This document shows positions 1 to 11,385 of a stretch of DNA of 64,000 bases, piece after piece; position 1 is the stretch's first letter, and each line of letters begins with the position of its first letter. Location: assembly GCA_946965045.2 (NCBI GenBank), contig OX337234.1, forward strand, positions 124,001 through 188,000, read 5' to 3'. The stretch is from Epithemia pelagica (lineage: Eukaryota; Protista; Bacillariophyta). Below the pieces are notes generated by a model. That model did no database searches and was not told the DNA's origin. It saw only the letters and a program-made list of their open reading frames with translations. A program made the position numbers and the translations under genes.

Positions 1-434
1 GGCACAAAACACTTCAACTTCGATAATACTCAAACTCCTATACTGAAAGAATTTCTCCGTTACCCACGAGGAGCGCCCTGCGACGAGGAGTCCCCCGGGG
101 CTATTAAAGTACTCGTATGTTAGCTTCCTGTGTCACGAGGAGTCGTGCCAGCGCACCGTAGGTAATCTTCGGTCTTCCTAAGTGATCGGTTCTCTCAATG
201 GATACTTAGTAGTCGTGATCCTAATTAGTGTTACACAATTAAGCTTGCCCTACTTTCGATGGGGCACTAGGTAATCTTTAAATGTTTGTAAATAACCCCG
301 TCACTTATACACACCACAACAAGATCTTCTCAGTTTTTTCTTTGCGGGAAAGAGGTTGAATAATCCAACCAAGATCTTCTTCTTCTTCTTCTGCAGTGAG
401 AGTGAACGATAAACAGCAGAGCAGTATCATCATC

Positions 435-2019
435 ATGAGCAAGGTTCAGTTTGATGCAGAAGCACCAGCGGAGGAAGTTCCGATTGTGGCTATGGACGAC
501 AACGACCATGAAGAGGAGGAGGACGAAGAACCAGAAAAGAATTCCAAGAGTTTTAAAGAAAGCATGGCCTCTTTTATCAATGCCGAAGGTCGTCCCATTC
601 AATGGATTTACGATCGATGCAATGGTCATGAACGGGTCATGGATCCGGATTCCAAACCCTGTTGTTGTCTCATGTTCCCCAATGGGTTTTTGAAATTGGC
701 ACCTGGTAAGAGAAAGAAAGTGACTGATGACTTGTGTGTGTGTGTGTGTGTTTGTTTGTCCTTGTTTGTTGTGTGTCGTCGAGCGAGGTTTGTGACATGC
801 TTTTGCATTGGTTTGTTGGACTACATCTTCTGATTCGTTATGGTCGTTCCACCATTGTTTGTGTTTGCTTTCACACAGGCTTGTTGGAGTCGAATCCCTT
901 TATGGAATGTTTTGGTCGCATTGGCTTTATTCATCCCGAATGGTTCCAGGTGCGCAAGGTGATTTTTTTGGTGGCCATGCTCATGAGTACCATTGGTTGG
1001 TCCTGCATCTTGTTGACCGACTTGAGTATTTCCAAGGATTTCAAAGTCTTGCAACATTTTCATTTTAGCAAGGGCGACGTCAAATACGGCTTTGTCGAAA
1101 GCGAAAATGGCAACTTGTCGGGCCTCGTCGAAGGCAGCACTCGCCTCTATGTGGGCTTGTCCGCCGTGGCCTGGGAACAAACCGTCATTAACGTGACCTT
1201 TGAAGATATTGACGCCATTGTCAATGCCAACCCCGGCATTACCGAAGAGGAATTTCGTCGCGATTTCGTGGATCAATTCAAGACCAAGAATCAGTTTGTC
1301 ACGGGCTTTGATGAATTTTGTGATGGAGATTCGCGGGTCTGGTTCGTCGAAGAAGACCAATGTGACAAGTGCGAAGAGGCTTCGACCAAAATGATTCGCA
1401 GGTACGTACGCGTGTGTTGTTGTTGTTGGAAAACAATCATGTGTATTGGAGTTACCCCTGTTCTTCTTTTTGTTCTCATCCTAATCGTTGCACCAATGCA
1501 AATAGTATCATCATGGCGACTGTCTTTTACTTTTTTACCTTCAAGAACGATTGGCTTCGCTTCTGGGTGAATTACGATGTCAATTGTCAAAAGTTCATGT
1601 CCGTCGCTGTCGCCTGCATTACGGTCGGATTGGCCCTCCGCACCTTTTTTACCTACCGGAACGAATGTTTTGATTCCTTTCACGACGGAGACAATTGCTT
1701 TTTCATCAATGGGACCCGTGTGGACTGTACCATTTATGATACCATTGCCGATGACGATACCGTACCACTCACGCCGGAAGAAGAAGAATTGTTGGCGAGT
1801 GTTTCCACAGCCAATTTGGATTGGGATGCTGGTCCGTGTTATATTTTGTTGGGCGGTGCCGTCTTTATTCGACTCTTTAGCATGTTGTGCAACTTGACCG
1901 TACCCACCCCGCCCATTACCCGCAATCGCGAAATGCAATGGGAATACGAACGCATCGCCCAAGAACAAGATGCCAAGGAACCGAATTTGCGTAAAAGCGA
2001 ATACTTTGCGCCGTGGTAA
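435..2019 (+). CDS. Multi-pass membrane protein of unknown function; exons 435-705, 879-1401, 1506-2019
   Basis: Three ORF-track segments join in frame through GT..AG introns (CCTG|gtaag..cacag|GC; CGCAG|gtacg..aatag|TATC). Four hydrophobic segments (FLVAMLMSTIGWSCILL, IIMATVFYFF, VAVACITVGLAL, YILLGGAVFIRLF). Family not recognised. Confidence 0.75.
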
Positions 2020-2871
2020 GCACACACCCCAAACATACAGATGGTGTGTGTGTGTATCACGCACAGGCCTCGACAGGACACGCTGCCGTGTCGTTCGAGT
2101 CGGAGATTCAGGAACAAAACAATCATAGTATTTGTAGTATGGTGTTTGGAGTGGCTACTAAGGAACAACATGTGTTGTTCGAGTAAAGGAGTGGTGTCTG
2201 TTTTGTTGGTCGTCATAAGGTAGTTTTCGGAGCTACAGTAGAGTATCCTTATTCTTTTGAATCACTGTCGATCTGTCTCTGGGTTCCGAAGCAAGAAGAA
2301 TTGTGTGGGTTATGATATGGTGTGGATATCAAACGTGTGGTTGACTTGGAGTGCTTGTTTCTTGATGTTCCATTCGGTAGTTGGATGGACTGTTCATTGG
2401 ACTTTAGCCTTGTTCTTCCACTCTCTATGGTCGTACTCTTCTCTCTCTCCCTCTATCTGGAGTGTCCCCTCTCATCCAGTATTGGTCGTTTGTGGCACAT
2501 TCATTGTGTGGAACGTCACCCACTCCGAGAAGGTTGAAGAGCAACCCCATTATAGTTTGTGGTAGCCGTCAAAAGAGACTTGGATGGGTGGCTCGTCGCG
2601 CGTCAGGGCCATGAGCACTGCCCACACTGCTCTCTGACGCACACCCATCACAACAGCGACCGCGAAAAGATCTTTCTCGTCGGGTCAGAAGTCAGATCTT
2701 GTGAAAGAGAGCAATCGGCCGTGCCCCAAGTGCCAAAGTGACAGAGAGAGACAGAGGCAGAACTGTGGGATTTGTGAAACAGAGCTATATACGAACGCTA
2801 TCCTCCGCCACCATCGTTAGGGTCATCCGCTTCTCGTTGCAATCATCACAAAGCAGCAGCCAGTCGATTGG

Positions 2872-3280
2872 ATGGATTCCACAACATCAACCATCATCCC
2901 ATCACCAGGGGATATTGACGATGGTGTAAAACATCCCCTCAACATTTCCGAACAGGTTCGTTCATGGTGTTATTGTGAGGTTTTGACAAGTGCGTCTTCT
3001 CTCTCATGATGTGTTGTTGGCCTTGTTGTTGTTTGGCTGTGTTTATCTATTTTAGAATGGGGACGTAACTCAATTGAATGTGAAATGGAGCATTCGCATG
3101 GCCAAAGTATTTGACACATTTGCCAAACTCAATAATTTGCAAGCCAGTAGCTATCGCTTTTGCCTGGATTGGGAACGGATGCAACCCACTGACACGCCCG
3201 AGTCCTTGCATCTCGAATACGATGCCAGGATGGATGTCTTTTTGGAACAAATTAGCGGTGGTGGTGGTGGTGGTGGATGA
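2872..3280 (+). CDS. Divergent SUMO-like protein; exons 2872-2955, 3056-3280; ends LEQISGGGGGGG*
   Basis: Exon 2 (NGDVTQLNVKWSIRMAKVFDTF..YRFCLDWERMQPTDTPESLHLEYDARMDVFLEQISGG) aligns colinearly with SUMO exon 2 at 5128-5340. The phase-0 intron follows ..ISEQ, the same position as ..VRDQ in SUMO. Confidence 0.7.
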
Positions 3281-3747
3281 TATGGATTCGACTTCGACTC
3301 TTGGAAGGGTCATCCGCCAGTTCCAGTGTGGGTTGCAACCAGTTCGAGTAGCAAAACGAGGTTTGGATTGGTCCATCGTTTACTGTTGGAACTGGTGTCG
3401 GGAGACACACATCAAAGGGAACCGTCCGTACCCTCGCGAATCGCTCTGAGTGATTGCGGCTCGAACTCGACTGCAGTGTCGCGTCAACACCGGAAACTCC
3501 TGTTCCAGCAAAAGGGACCACATCCGGAACGCACCATCCAGTGTTCTCTCATCCACAACCCTCCGTTCGATTCGGTATCGATCGAATGCTCCACGCAAGC
3601 TCTAGTAGGACGACAGGACTACCTTGTGTATTCTTTGGACACTGCTCCTCTTGTCCGGAGTATCTTCCTCCTCCTCCTTTTGAAAGATACTTAGCGATTC
3701 ATTCGTACTCCTAGCTCTTGCTTAGATAGTGCTAAGGGCTGGGGATA

Positions 3748-4336
3748 CCGATCCATGTACATCTAAGTAGGCTCAGTACATAAACCTACGTAGTACTATT
3801 TTCGTCTGTGTAAGAAGTGGGGCGGATGGACACACCGAGTCGCACGTCGTAAACTTGCCACCGATAGAAAAGGTGCAATCCGGAAGCCATCATTCGACAA
3901 TGATGGAAGTCATCACCCCCCTGGCAATAACTTCCTGAACAATTGAGCCTGCCTGAATCACTTTTACAATAAGAATCTTTACTACTAGAGCAACTTTGCT
4001 TTCACTTTGATTCAGGCACCCTTGAAAAATGAATGAGTTAGGGCCGTCGTTCGATTTCATCACTGCAGTAAAATGAGCGTACCTTTTCAGCCAACTTGGC
4101 AAATCTTCTGTAATTTCAGACAACAATTTCAAAGGTAAAGGCAAAGGACTTACGGTGGTTGGATGTTTATGCGATGCATGGGTGAATGCATACGGCGTCA
4201 CCGGATCTCGCCATCATTGTAGAGCGTTTTTGCATATTTTTGAAATTCCGACCATTTCCGATGTGACGTGTACTATCTGATTTTATGTACTCTACGTAGC
4301 TTTTGTACTGAGCCTACTTAGATGTACATGGATCGG
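3748..4336. mobile_element. Non-autonomous MITE-like DNA transposon, probably Tc1/mariner-pogo superfamily (TA TSD)
   Basis: Perfect inverted match 3744-3780 / 4304-4340 (GATACCGATCCATGTACATCTAAGTAGGCTCAGTACA). This parses as 33-bp TIRs starting CCGATCC, flanked by TA at 3746-3747 and 4337-4338, in a palindromic GATATC target. No recognisable transposase inside. Confidence 0.75.
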
Positions 4337-4662
4337 TATCAAGTTTCTCCTCTACCCTTTTGCTTCTCCTCCCGGAGGTCCAGATATTAGCTCCTGGCGA
4401 CGGAACGACTGTGAGAAAGAGCGGGAAAGAATATGCTGGCGTGACGAGGGCTCAGATCGAAACGCGCCTGACAGCCCGTAGCGCGCATCGTGTGCTGCTT
4501 CTCATTGATCTTCTCCAAGTCTTTGTCTTTGGGCTGTGTGTTCGTTGTTGCATCCAAGAAACACAATAGCAAACGAGAGGAAGGAAGAAGGAACCATTCA
4601 TCCATTCCGTATCATTCCACACTCTTGTGCAATCTATTCATACATTTGTCGTTATTAGTACC

Positions 4663-5340
4663 ATGTCGTCCGAAGAAGTTGATGATAAAAATGCCGTGAC
4701 TGGAGGTGACGGTGGCGAAGCGCCCGCCACGGACGGAGCCGGTGGTGGTGGTGGCTCGGAAACCATTACCCTCAATGTGCGAGATCAGGTAGGTTGTCGT
4801 CGAAGTGGCTACGTGTGAGCATAAGTGCCAGCCATCGTTCCTGGATGCCATCCATGATCGAACCGAAGGAGGAGGAGAATGGTCAAGGCACACACGGAAA
4901 CCAAGATTTCTCGCGAACCGGATTCGCGCAAAAATTCATGCCATTCGCGCCGTTTGTCCCTTGTGGCCGAAACGATGTACCCCGTTCTGTTATTGAATTC
5001 GATCCGATCCACGGTATTGGAATGTTCAAAAGGCTATGCGATTTCAATGCATACCATTGCGGGCCGGTTGGTGGCGGAAATCATGTTCCCATCAAAGTCT
5101 CACTTCTCACGTTCGTTTGCTGCTTAGACGGGGGAGGAAACCTTTTTTAAAATCAAGCGCACCACTAAAATGCAAAAGGTGTTTGAAACCTTTGCGACAC
5201 GTCGTGGCGTGCAAGTCCAGAGTTTGCGATTCATGCTCGATGGGGAACGAATTGATCCGGGGGCGACACCCAAAACGCTCGAACTGGACGATCAAGATCA
5301 AATTGATTGCATGTTGGAACAATCGGGTGGGTGTTTTTAG
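4663..5340 (+). CDS. SUMO: Small ubiquitin-like modifier SUMO (Smt3); exons 4663-4788, 5128-5340
   Basis: ETITLNVRDQ|TGEETFFKIKRTTKMQKVFETFATRRGVQVQSLRFMLDGERI..LELDDQDQIDCMLEQSGG-CF*. Canonical SUMO fold with di-Gly and a 2-residue propeptide; GT-AG intron. Confidence 0.95.
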
Positions 5341-7339
5341 AGAGAGAGATGGCGTATCCTTTTATTACTAGGATTGCGGAAATGCCAAACGATGAATGAA
5401 TGGATCAGGGCGACTGCTTGTAGTGGGCTGGAAGAAATGTCTGGAGGGAACCATTTTTTATACACGATCTATAGAAACAAGCCCGTGAATGAGTTGTAGT
5501 CGTATTTCATAACAACACTCGAATGCTTTCTTGTTTGTGTGTTTCTTGGAGTTGGTGTGCTGGTACCGCTCTAGAGTCTAGAGAGAACGTGTGTCTGGAA
5601 AATTTTGCACGTGACTGCCTCATGAGGAACGTTGGTATATCTCATGTCGCCTTGTCATTCGGTAGGTCGGCCTCTGGCCGGGACAGGGTCCATGGTTTGT
5701 TGCTGTTGTTGGGGCCGGAAACGAGTTGCGCATCCGTACCATTTTGCGCGTCACGGATTGAGTTACCTATTAGTTCTGATTGGAGTCCAAATCTGGACTC
5801 GATCTAGCAATAGAGAGAGTTGGATCCGATGGTTTTCGTGACGAGAGATGTTGTAAGGAGATCGAACGCTGACACGAGAATGAGTATCAGACTTGGAGAG
5901 CTATTCCCTCTTGGAGTATTGCTACGAATAGGACACTAGGAGTACATGGGTAGATTGCACAGAAGGACGCTCGTGATTCAATGAGTCACTATGGAACATG
6001 CGAATCCCTCCGATTGCGGGGGTACCTCCCGTCTGCTGTCCATACGGTTATTCCCAAATTTTCCTGAAAAATGTAAAAATTATTTCTGTCAAATTTCTTT
6101 TGATTTTGCACATTATTTAACGTCCAAGCCAACTGTAATAACTGGCTTCGTCCTATTGTGTAGCCGCTTGCGCTCATGCACGAACCGCGTGGGCCGTGAG
6201 ACGTGACGAGACATGCACAAAGAAATTTACAAGCCCATTTTGTACTCTATAGTCTATACTGTTTCCGAAGCCAGTACTCTTTACGCAGTAGTGGATCAAG
6301 CTTCACGGAATCATCACATACACACACCAAACCATGAAATACACACACATAGCACATGGTGCAATGCACCTCTAGGAGTATCAACACAAGCTCCTGGCAC
6401 TTTGTCTATGGGAAATATAAAAGCATAGTCCACTTCTAGTTTAGGCTTCCTGCTTCCTGGGCTTATATACCCCATGATGACGCTGTCAAACCTTGGCTTC
6501 ATCACTGCGCAGTGGTTGATTGTTCATTGCAGTGGTTGATTGTCATGTTTCATGTTGTCATCCTTCCTTTGATGCATTCCGCCTTCACCTGTGATCTACG
6601 TGGATGGTTTTGACCACAAAGTTGTCTCTGTGGTCGTTTGTTCGGCTGGATGGTTTTCTTTTGGTTTTTGGTGTGCTCATGGTCGTCTTTTGTGGTGTTA
6701 CACGAAAAGTGAGACGATTCTTGGCCCTTGTGCTAGCAATACAAGGCGTGACCGGCGCGTCGATTTCGAACGATCGAAGGGAGGCTGGCGATATCACCTG
6801 GCTGGCGCTTTGGGAAAAAATACGAGACAATTTTTTTCCTTTCGGATGACGGACGAACAATGGTACCCCCCCAATCGCCCCCATATTGATGATAGCTTTT
6901 TAACGAGACACGGCAATTGTATTGGTGTATAATATCATATTTTCATTGCTCGGAGCATGCAGACCGCAGCATGGGGGGACCATGGCGGACTCTCCAGTCA
7001 TCACATAATGAGTGGGCTCTCGTTCGTTGCACAAAAGGGTCATTGATTGTGAAGCTCAGGCTTTGGAAGTGTCGTTAATGATCCCAAATAATAATTCTCC
7101 CATCATGCAAGGGAAATCGCAAAGTCCTAACCAACTTTTGCTGCCTCGCTGCAGTCATTCAAAGGATAATGACTGTCGATTGGGTCAAGTGTTGTTGTCG
7201 AATGTGAAACGATGATGGCTGGTCCTCACAAATTTTGGGACCCCGACTTCGTCCCCAACACAAATTTGCGCTAGCAAACCAACTGCTCTCGCTCCTATTA
7301 TTTTTTTTATTACAACGAGACAGCACGAATTGATCGACC

Positions 7340-8400
7340 GTGAGTGGAGTTGCCATTGTGGGATGCAGTCTTTGGGCTCTTTTGGTGGCCTGGACTTTGA
7401 AACAAGGAGGGTATCAGGACTATACGGTACGTACGTTTGATGATGAGGAGGAGCATGATACTGCTCTTGTTTGTGCGTGGTACTCTCACACAGGCACACA
7501 CATGTCTTGCGCTCCGTTTTGGTTAGTGCTTCCCTATATACAATAGATGTTTGCTTTGACCGACGACAAGTGTGAGGTTTCATCCATGTCCAGGACCAAC
7601 CAGTGGAAGACGCTCGATGCCACAACGACAACCAACACGACCACCACCGTCCCAACGACGACGGGCCCTCCTACCTAGTAGTATTCACGACCTTTGGAAC
7701 AACAACCAGCCCCTGAAACTGGTCACGTTCCATTATGCCACGACGACAGATATATGTTCCATAAGATCACGAAGATGGTTCTCCATCAATCCCGTTGCAT
7801 TAAAAACGACACCGTTTTCCGTCACATTTTTGATGCAATCGGATTGGGGGCGGAACTTCTTCGTGATCTTATCGATCGTCTATCTGTCGTCGTGGCATAA
7901 TGGACCGCAGCCTACAACGTCGCGTTCAAACACTGGCCATGGCGCGCCTGTTTCTCGAGCAGCAGCAACGCATGGTTGCCCAAGGACGACGACGACATGT
8001 CGTTGTGGTTCGCAAGACTCCCATGGCCAAAATGGTTGACGAGAACCTCTTTGAAGCGGTATGGATTGCCGAACCAACCACCACGACGACAGCACTCCTC
8101 CCAGATGCCACAGGTTCCACCGACGACGACCAGGCCGACACGACGGAATCAAAGGAACCCACCCCAACGCAGAAACTCCAACAAGAAGAAACACGATTGG
8201 TTCAAGTGTACTTGGCCTTTGATTCCAACTTTGATCAAAATTATCAATTGTTTCAAACCAATGTGCAAGGAAGACAAACCACCTTTTTCATGGCGGTCAT
8301 TCAGGAACCGACGGACGACGCCCGTAGTCGCCATGTCTTGTCGGTGGACTATGTAGTACCCTGGAACCGCCACGACAACCATCCAGAAAAAGAAGAAGAT
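7340..8400 (+). pseudogene. Degenerate flavin amine-oxidase-like paralogue, copy 1 (3'-truncated)
   Basis: Exon 1 VSGVAIVGCSLWALLVAWTLKQGGYQDYT|gtacgt (7340-7426). Exon 2 from 7547 hits TAG at ~7676. Downstream blocks MDRSLQRRVQTLAMARL and VQVYLAFDSNF match the intact gene at 35907-37448. Confidence 0.75.
7729..7904. repeat. 176-bp imperfect fold-back (hairpin)
   Basis: Stems: 7729-7752/7881-7904 perfect 24 bp; 7761-7775/7858-7872 perfect 15 bp; 7787-7806/7827-7846 17 of 20. Confidence 0.9.
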
Positions 8401-8445
8401 TTTCACGTTTGTTTGCTGTTTAGACGGGGGAGGAAACCTTTTTCA
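8401..8445 (+). pseudogene. Stub of the SUMO intron end and exon 2 start at a duplication junction
   Basis: tttcacgtttgtttgctgtttagACGGGGGAGGAAACCTTTT matches 5103-5148, then switches to amine-oxidase-like exon 1 sequence. Confidence 0.8.
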
Positions 8446-8580
8446 CGAGTGGAGTTTCCCTTGTGGGATGCAGTCGTTCGGTTCTTTTGGCGGCCTGGAC
8501 TTTGGAACAAGGAGGAAATCAGGACTATACGGTACGTGTAGGTCGACGGGTCGTCGTGATGACGATGAGGAGGAGGAGGA

Positions 8581-8719
8581 GGATAGTTCTCGTGTTTGCG
8601 CGTGGTACTGTCACACAGGCACTCACATGCCATGTGCTCTTTATGGATGAGGATAGTTCTCGTGTTCGCGCGTGGTACTGTCACACAGGCACTCACATGC
8701 CATGTGCTCTTTATGGATG
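8581..8719 (+). repeat. Tandem 70-bp duplication in the intron of copy 2
   Basis: 8581-8650 and 8651-8719 differ at one internal position (ggatagttctcgtgtt[t/c]gcgcgtggtactg..). Confidence 0.95.
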
Positions 8720-8923
8720 GTGCTTCCCTACAATAGATGTTTGCTTCGACCGATGACAAGTGTGACGTTTCCTCCATGTCCAAGACCAACCAATGGAAGA
8801 CGCTCGACGCCACAACGACAACCAACACGACCACCACCATTCAAACAACGACAGGCCCTCCTAAGAGTATTCGCGACCTTTGGTACAACAACCAGCCCCT
8901 GAAACTGCTCACGTTCCATTGTA

Positions 8924-9031
8924 CCACGACGACAGATACATGATCGATCAGTTCACGAAAAAGTTTCTCCAATTGGAGAAACTTTTTGAAACTTTTTCGT
9001 GAACGGATCGATCATGTATCTGTCGTCGTGG
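8924..9031. repeat. Near-perfect 108-bp palindrome centred on CCAATTGG
   Basis: Outer arms CCACGACGACAGATACATGATCGATC are perfect (26 bp). Core AAAAAGTTTCTCCAATTGGAGAAACTTTTT is a perfect 30-bp palindrome. The right arm has an extra GAAACTTTTT. Confidence 0.95.
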
Positions 9032-9521
9032 CGGCATGGACCGCAGCCTGCAACGTCGCGTTCAAACACTGGCCATGGTGCGTCTGTTTCTCGAGCAGCA
9101 GCAACGCATGTTGCCCAAGGACGACGACGACGACATGTCGTTATCGTTCGCAAGACTCCCATTGCCACGATGGTGGACGAGAAACTCTTTGAAGCGGTAT
9201 GGATTGCCGAACCAACCACCATGATGACGAGGACACGACAACCACCCCAACGCAGAAACTCCAACAAGAAGAAACACGATTGGTTCAAGTGTACTTGGCC
9301 TTTGATTCCAACTTTTATCGGAATTCTCAATTGTTTCAAACCAATGTGCAAGGACGACAAACCACCTTTTTCAATGCCGCCATTCAGGAACCGACGGATG
9401 ACGCTAGTAGTCGCCATGTCTTGTCGGTGGACTATGTCGTGCCCTGGAACCGCAACGACAACCATCCAGAAAAAGAAGAAGAACAAACCATTCTCACTGT
9501 TAACGTTTGTTTGCGATTTAG

Positions 9522-9690
9522 ACGGGTGAGGAAACCTTTTTCAAAATCAAACGAACCACCAAAATGCAAAAGGTGTTTTAAACCTTTGCGACACGCCGCG
9601 GAGTGCAAGTGCAGAGTACCCAAAACGCTCGAGCTGGACGATCAAGATCAAATTGATTGCATGTTGGAAGAATCGGGTGGTTGTTTTTAG
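9522..9690 (+). pseudogene. SUMO exon 2 pseudogene copy
   Basis: TGEETFFKIKRTTKMQKVF then TAA (GAA>TAA), a 44-bp deletion relative to 5128-5340, then ..PKTLELDDQDQIDCMLEESGGCF*. Confidence 0.9.
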
Positions 9691-11385
9691 AGAGAAAGAT
9701 GGCGGGATCCTTTGACGATTGCTGCTTGGACAATGCCAAACGATGAATGGATCAGGGCGACTGCTCGTACTGGGCTGGAAGAAATGTCTGTAGGGAACCA
9801 TTTTTTTGCACGATCTCTAGGAACAAGCCCGTGAATGAGTTGTAGTCGTATTTCATAACGGCACTCAAATGCTTTCTTGTGTGTATGTGTCTTGGAGTTG
9901 GTGTGTTGCTGGGACCGCCAAGAGAGACGTGTGTCCGAAAAATTGGGGAACGTTGGCATTTGGTGTCGCCTTGTCGTTCGGTAGACTGACCTCTTGCCGG
10001 TCCATGGTTGGATCCTCTGTTGGACCGGAAAAGAGTTGCGCATTCGTACCATTTTTTTGCATTCGCGGTGCGTCATTTTGTCTAGAGGTAGAGGTAGTTC
10101 GGATGGAAGTCCATCTGGACACCAATGAGAGAGAGTTGAAGCCACTATTCGATTGTCTTTTGAGGGGAGCACATGTCAACATTGGACATCGCTGACATTC
10201 GTTTACACACAAGATGATGAGTCTTCATCCGACGTGTTGAAAGCTATTCCTCTGGAGTACGATAAGCTGGAGATAGAGGACACTATGTGTATCCATGAGA
10301 GGTCGTAGAGCACATAGCATCAATGGAGAAGGACGCTAGAGTCACTATGGAACCTTCCAATATGAGTATAGTACCGTGTTTTTTATGAATATACATAGAG
10401 GATGATATCTTTATCGAGAGAAGAAGAAAATCGTATTGGTCTATAATATCATATTTTCATGGAATCGGAGCATATGAGAGGTGCCACCATGGCGGAAGGA
10501 AAGAAACTCTCGAGACATCAGATACAATAAGCCCTACCATCTTGCCTCTCTCGTTCGTTTCACAAGGGAGATGGTGGATCCTCTTGTGGATTCGGAAGTG
10601 TCGTTAATGATCCCAAATCATAATTCTCTTCCAACCTTGTATCATCATGCAAGGGACACGCGGATTGGGATATCGGAAAGTCCTTTCAGACGCAATCAGG
10701 GACGGATGGCAAGAAGTCTTTCACCTTTTCAGGCGTTCTTGGGTAGTTTGTCTTTTTGGTAGGGGATACTATGAAATGTCCCTGAAATGATACCAGAGGA
10801 ATGACTCGTCCCTTCCCAGATCTTTCCATGGAATGAGAGACTGTCAAAGAGACACTTGTTACCTATTACTGTTGTTGCTTCCAGTCATTCTCCTAGAGTA
10901 GTTGGGGGAAATTATCTATCAGAAGCAAGCATAAGTCCCCAAACAGAAACAAAAGTTGCGCTCCAAAAGGAAAATAAGTGTCACGCCTCACCACACGGAA
11001 AGAAAGGCACGAGTCCTCATTTCCAAGAACCGCTCTTCTTCCTCTGCTGGAAACAGCAACAACATTATGATTGCCGTCTTGGCGCTGCTCTCCAACAAGA
11101 AAAATGGCAAGAAAGAAGAGTCCGAAATCAGAAACCAAACAGGGACATGCCACTATCCTTTGCTAGTATCCCATCTCGCTTTCGAAAGACTCTGAACGAG
11201 CTTTTGATGCCTTGCTCCAGTCATTCAGAGGATGAATGTCGATTGGGTATATGGTTGTGATTGTGGTTGTTTGTAAAACGGTGATGGCTGGTCCTCATAA
11301 ATTTTGGGAAGCATAGCAACGACTCTTGCTCCTATTATTACTACTACTACTTCGACATCAAACCCACACGAATTGATCAACCATC

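Larger units (their letters stand above)
8446..9490 (+). pseudogene. Degenerate flavin amine-oxidase-like paralogue, copy 2 (frameshifted, 3'-truncated)
   Basis: Same exon 1 (..AAWTLEQGGNQDYT|gtacgt), MFASTDDKCD exon 2 start at 8737, and MDRSLQRRVQTLAMVRL and EETRLVQVYLAFDSNFYRN blocks, split across different frames. Confidence 0.75.

Noticed and set aside
1-330. Repeated ACGAGGAG and GGTAATCTT motifs at the window start
   Set aside because: Could be a transposon end, but the partner end would lie outside the window, so it cannot be supported.
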